From contig NC_057728.1 of assembly GCF_004010195.1 (NCBI RefSeq), positions 51,282,668 to 51,322,268 of the forward strand: 39,601 nucleotides of DNA. Direction: 5' to 3'. The notes beneath the pieces are model-generated. The model saw only the letters and a list, made by a program, of their open reading frames with translations. It made no database searches and was not told where the DNA came from. The position numbers and the translations under genes were made by a program. Source of the stretch: Chiloscyllium plagiosum (Eukaryota). Positions 37,219 to 39,601 of this stretch are shown here, piece after piece (within the stretch, counting starts at the first letter, position 1; the number at the start of each line of letters is the position of its first letter).

Positions 37219-37594
37219 TGGTAGGGTAGCTGGCGCTTCTCACAAAAGGTGGTAACAAGTCAATTCTCCAGACACTTGGTGAGGATACTTTTCACTGAGG
37301 ATACTGGTCAGGTTGTAGAAGAGAACTAAAGCTGGTGTGTGGAGCTGAGGGTGTGTGCACTGTGAGGGGGAGGAGTCACCCTGTCACTTGAAACCATTAA
37401 TGGATGGTAGGGTAGCTGGCGCTTCTCACGAAAGGTGGTAACAAGTCAATTCTCCAGACACTTGGTGAGGATACTTTTCACTGACGATACTGGTCAGGTT
37501 GTAGAAGAGAACTAAAGCTGGTGTGTGGAGCTGAGGGTGTGTGCACTGTGAGGGGGAGGAGTCACCCTGTCACTTGAAACCATTAATGGATGGT
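37219..37594. repeat. 186-bp tandem duplication (2 copies, 2 mismatches)
   Basis: 37219-37404 matches 37405-37590; TGGT recurs at 37591-37594. Confidence 0.96.
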
Positions 37595-38485
37595 GCTTTC
37601 AACACAAGGTTCCCTTAGCGTATTCCCAGGACAGAAAAGGTGAGGTTACAGCACACTGGTAACCAAGTGTAATTAACTCATTATTTCGACACTCAATCAA
37701 CATGGAAACCCATTACAGCCCACTGCAGCTCGAAACTATTAGCCTGACAGCCCTGGCCACAGTGGGCTGTCACTTTCCACTGTCTTATTTCACATCTAAG
37801 ACAGGCTCAGCCTCTTGGCTCACACGTGACAGGTTTTTCTCTCAAACTGCCTATTCCACAACATGAAAAAACAATATCCAGTTTCTGCCCTGGGTCCAGT
37901 CCTTTGCAAACTCTTTCAGTAAAATGTAGGCAGCTTGAAGAGTCCAAAACACAGCTGACAGCATAATAGTTGCCTCATGATGCTGAAAGTGTGTGGGCAT
38001 TCTGGACGATAAAGACTAGTTAACCAATCTAACTTGCACATGTGACTACAAGGGGGAATTTTTTAGGACAGTTTGACCATCACTGGTTGACAGAGACAGG
38101 AAGGAAGACAAAATTATGGATTATTTGGAAGGCACCAAACTCAGAACTCCCTTCCAAAACACTTCCAAAGTGTACAAATCAAATGGAACAGGTCAGGATG
38201 GAGTCGAAAAAAAAGTCCGATGTTTTATCAGGAACCGGGCAGGTTTAGGGAGCAAGTTGCAGTGGTGAAGGGCAGAAGAAGAGAAACATGCACAAGACGC
38301 CACAGGTGGAGAAACAGACTTCTGGGAGGATTGTAGGGGCAAAAGGTCACGGCAGGATTTAACAAAAAGCTTTAAATTTGAAATATTGGGAGCAACACCA
38401 GCCAACATAGGTCAGCGACGAGAGGGAGAAATGGCTGCACAGGTGGTTGCAACTTTCGATGCGGTCATATCCACACCAGCTCTCT

Positions 38486-38825
38486 GGCAGTACGGTGGCT
38501 CGGTAGTTAGCACTGCCGCCTCACAGTGCCAGGGACTCTGGTTAGATTCCAACAGAGGGCGATGGTATGGAGTTTGCACATTCACCCAGTGTCTGCGTGG
38601 GTTTCATCCAGGTGCTCCGGTTTCCACCCACAATCAAAAGATATGCAGATTTGATGAATTAGTCATGCTAAATTACCAATAGTGTTCAGGGATCTGTAGG
38701 TTAGATGCATAAGTCAGGGGTATAACAGGGTGGGGGGAATAGGTCTGGATGGGTTACTCAGAGGGTCGGTGTGGACTTGTTGGGCGAAAGAGCCTGTTTC
38801 CATGCTGTAGGGATTTTATTCTATG
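38486..38825 (+). mobile_element. HE1-type SINE
   Basis: Homology to 25286-25590. Confidence 0.86.
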
Positions 38826-39310
38826 GCTCAGGACCCAGCCTCACATTGGTATTTTCTGCCAGATTTACTGCAGACTATGGCAGTGAGGTGAGGTAATGTC
38901 CGATTTACTGCCCATTTTTATCTGGTCCATTTTTTTTGCTGAACTGCTCTGATTTTATTTCTATTTGTTCTGACATGGGATGTGGGGCTCACTTGCAAGG
39001 CCAGTATTTGTTGCCCATCCCTAGATTTTGTTCCTTCAAGAGGATATTAGGATATACAATTAAGGAGCAGTAGACCACTCGGGCCCTTCCCATCCATTCC
39101 CAATTATTTTTCACCCACTTGCTTATCAAACTCTATCCATTTTTGCCCCAAAAGATGCAGAGACTCTGGATTTTTAAGAACAAATCCATCATATTTGCAC
39201 AGTCACTATTACTGAATGGATAGAGAACCCACCAGGCATTTGAACCCATTGCCCCAGAGAATTAATCTGGGCCTCTGCAGTGCTAGATGTTACCACTATG
39301 TCAACAATTC

Positions 39311-39601
39311 CGTCAAGCGGTGTTCTTCTCTGACCACTGCCTCCTGCTGGCCGACTGTCACCTACAGTTCAAGCAGCGGGCTGGTAAGGGAACGTGGAAG
39401 CTGAACACAAAGCTGTTGACCCCGGGAAACATTGAGGAGCTCAAGAGGGACTACGCAGGTTGGAGAACCGTGAAGCCCCTTTTTGAGTCCCCAGCGGACT
39501 AGTGGGAAACAGTAAAAGGGAACATCAAGAGGTTCTTCATCCTCAAAGGTGTTCAGGAGGTGAGAGAGAGGCGGGGAAAACTGTCCCAGCTCCAGGAAAG
39601 T
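39311..39601 (+). mobile_element. Tx1/L1-clade LINE ORF2 fragment, continuing beyond the window
   Basis: VFFSDHCLL...GKGTWKLNTKLL...(stop)WETVKGNIKRFF: end of the APE domain (SDH) and the GxWKLN motif, with an in-frame stop. Confidence 0.88.

Noticed and set aside
37219..37594. Possible CRISPR or satellite array
   Set aside because: Only two long units, no repeat-spacer structure, and the DNA is eukaryotic.
19200..37830. Several CACGTG E-boxes as circadian enhancers for a neighbouring CRY gene
   Set aside because: The count is near chance expectation, some lie inside repeats, and no neighbouring gene is visible.

Overview
Vertebrate genomic DNA, very likely from a shark or other elasmobranch (inferred from HE1-type SINEs, abundant CR1 LINEs and Penelope-like repeats). 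The whole window lies inside one minus-strand gene of the ABTB3/BTBD11 family. Two coding exons are visible: 10122-9982 (missed by the ORF track) and 441-237. They splice in frame to give ...[59 protein letters not shown]...[10 protein letters not shown]. Everything from 10123 to the end is the long upstream intron (probably intron 1), densely filled with CR1/L2/Tx1 LINE fragments, SINEs, Penelope-like elements (PLEs) and one solo LTR. Three assembly gaps all fall inside young PLE copies. Most notable observations: (i) a candidate alternative ATG-bearing first exon (ATGG|GTAAGT at 10622-10613) in frame with the 141-bp exon; (ii) minimal hammerhead-ribozyme cores in two PLE terminal-repeat families, two of them sense to the pre-mRNA; (iii) a spacerless 72-bp perfect palindrome; (iv) one target site used by both a Tx1 LINE and a PLE; (v) a three-level nested insertion; (vi) a 186-bp tandem duplication. 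Repeat family names and most repeat boundaries are approximate, assigned by eye without database searches. I found no strong evidence for a wholly new biological system.
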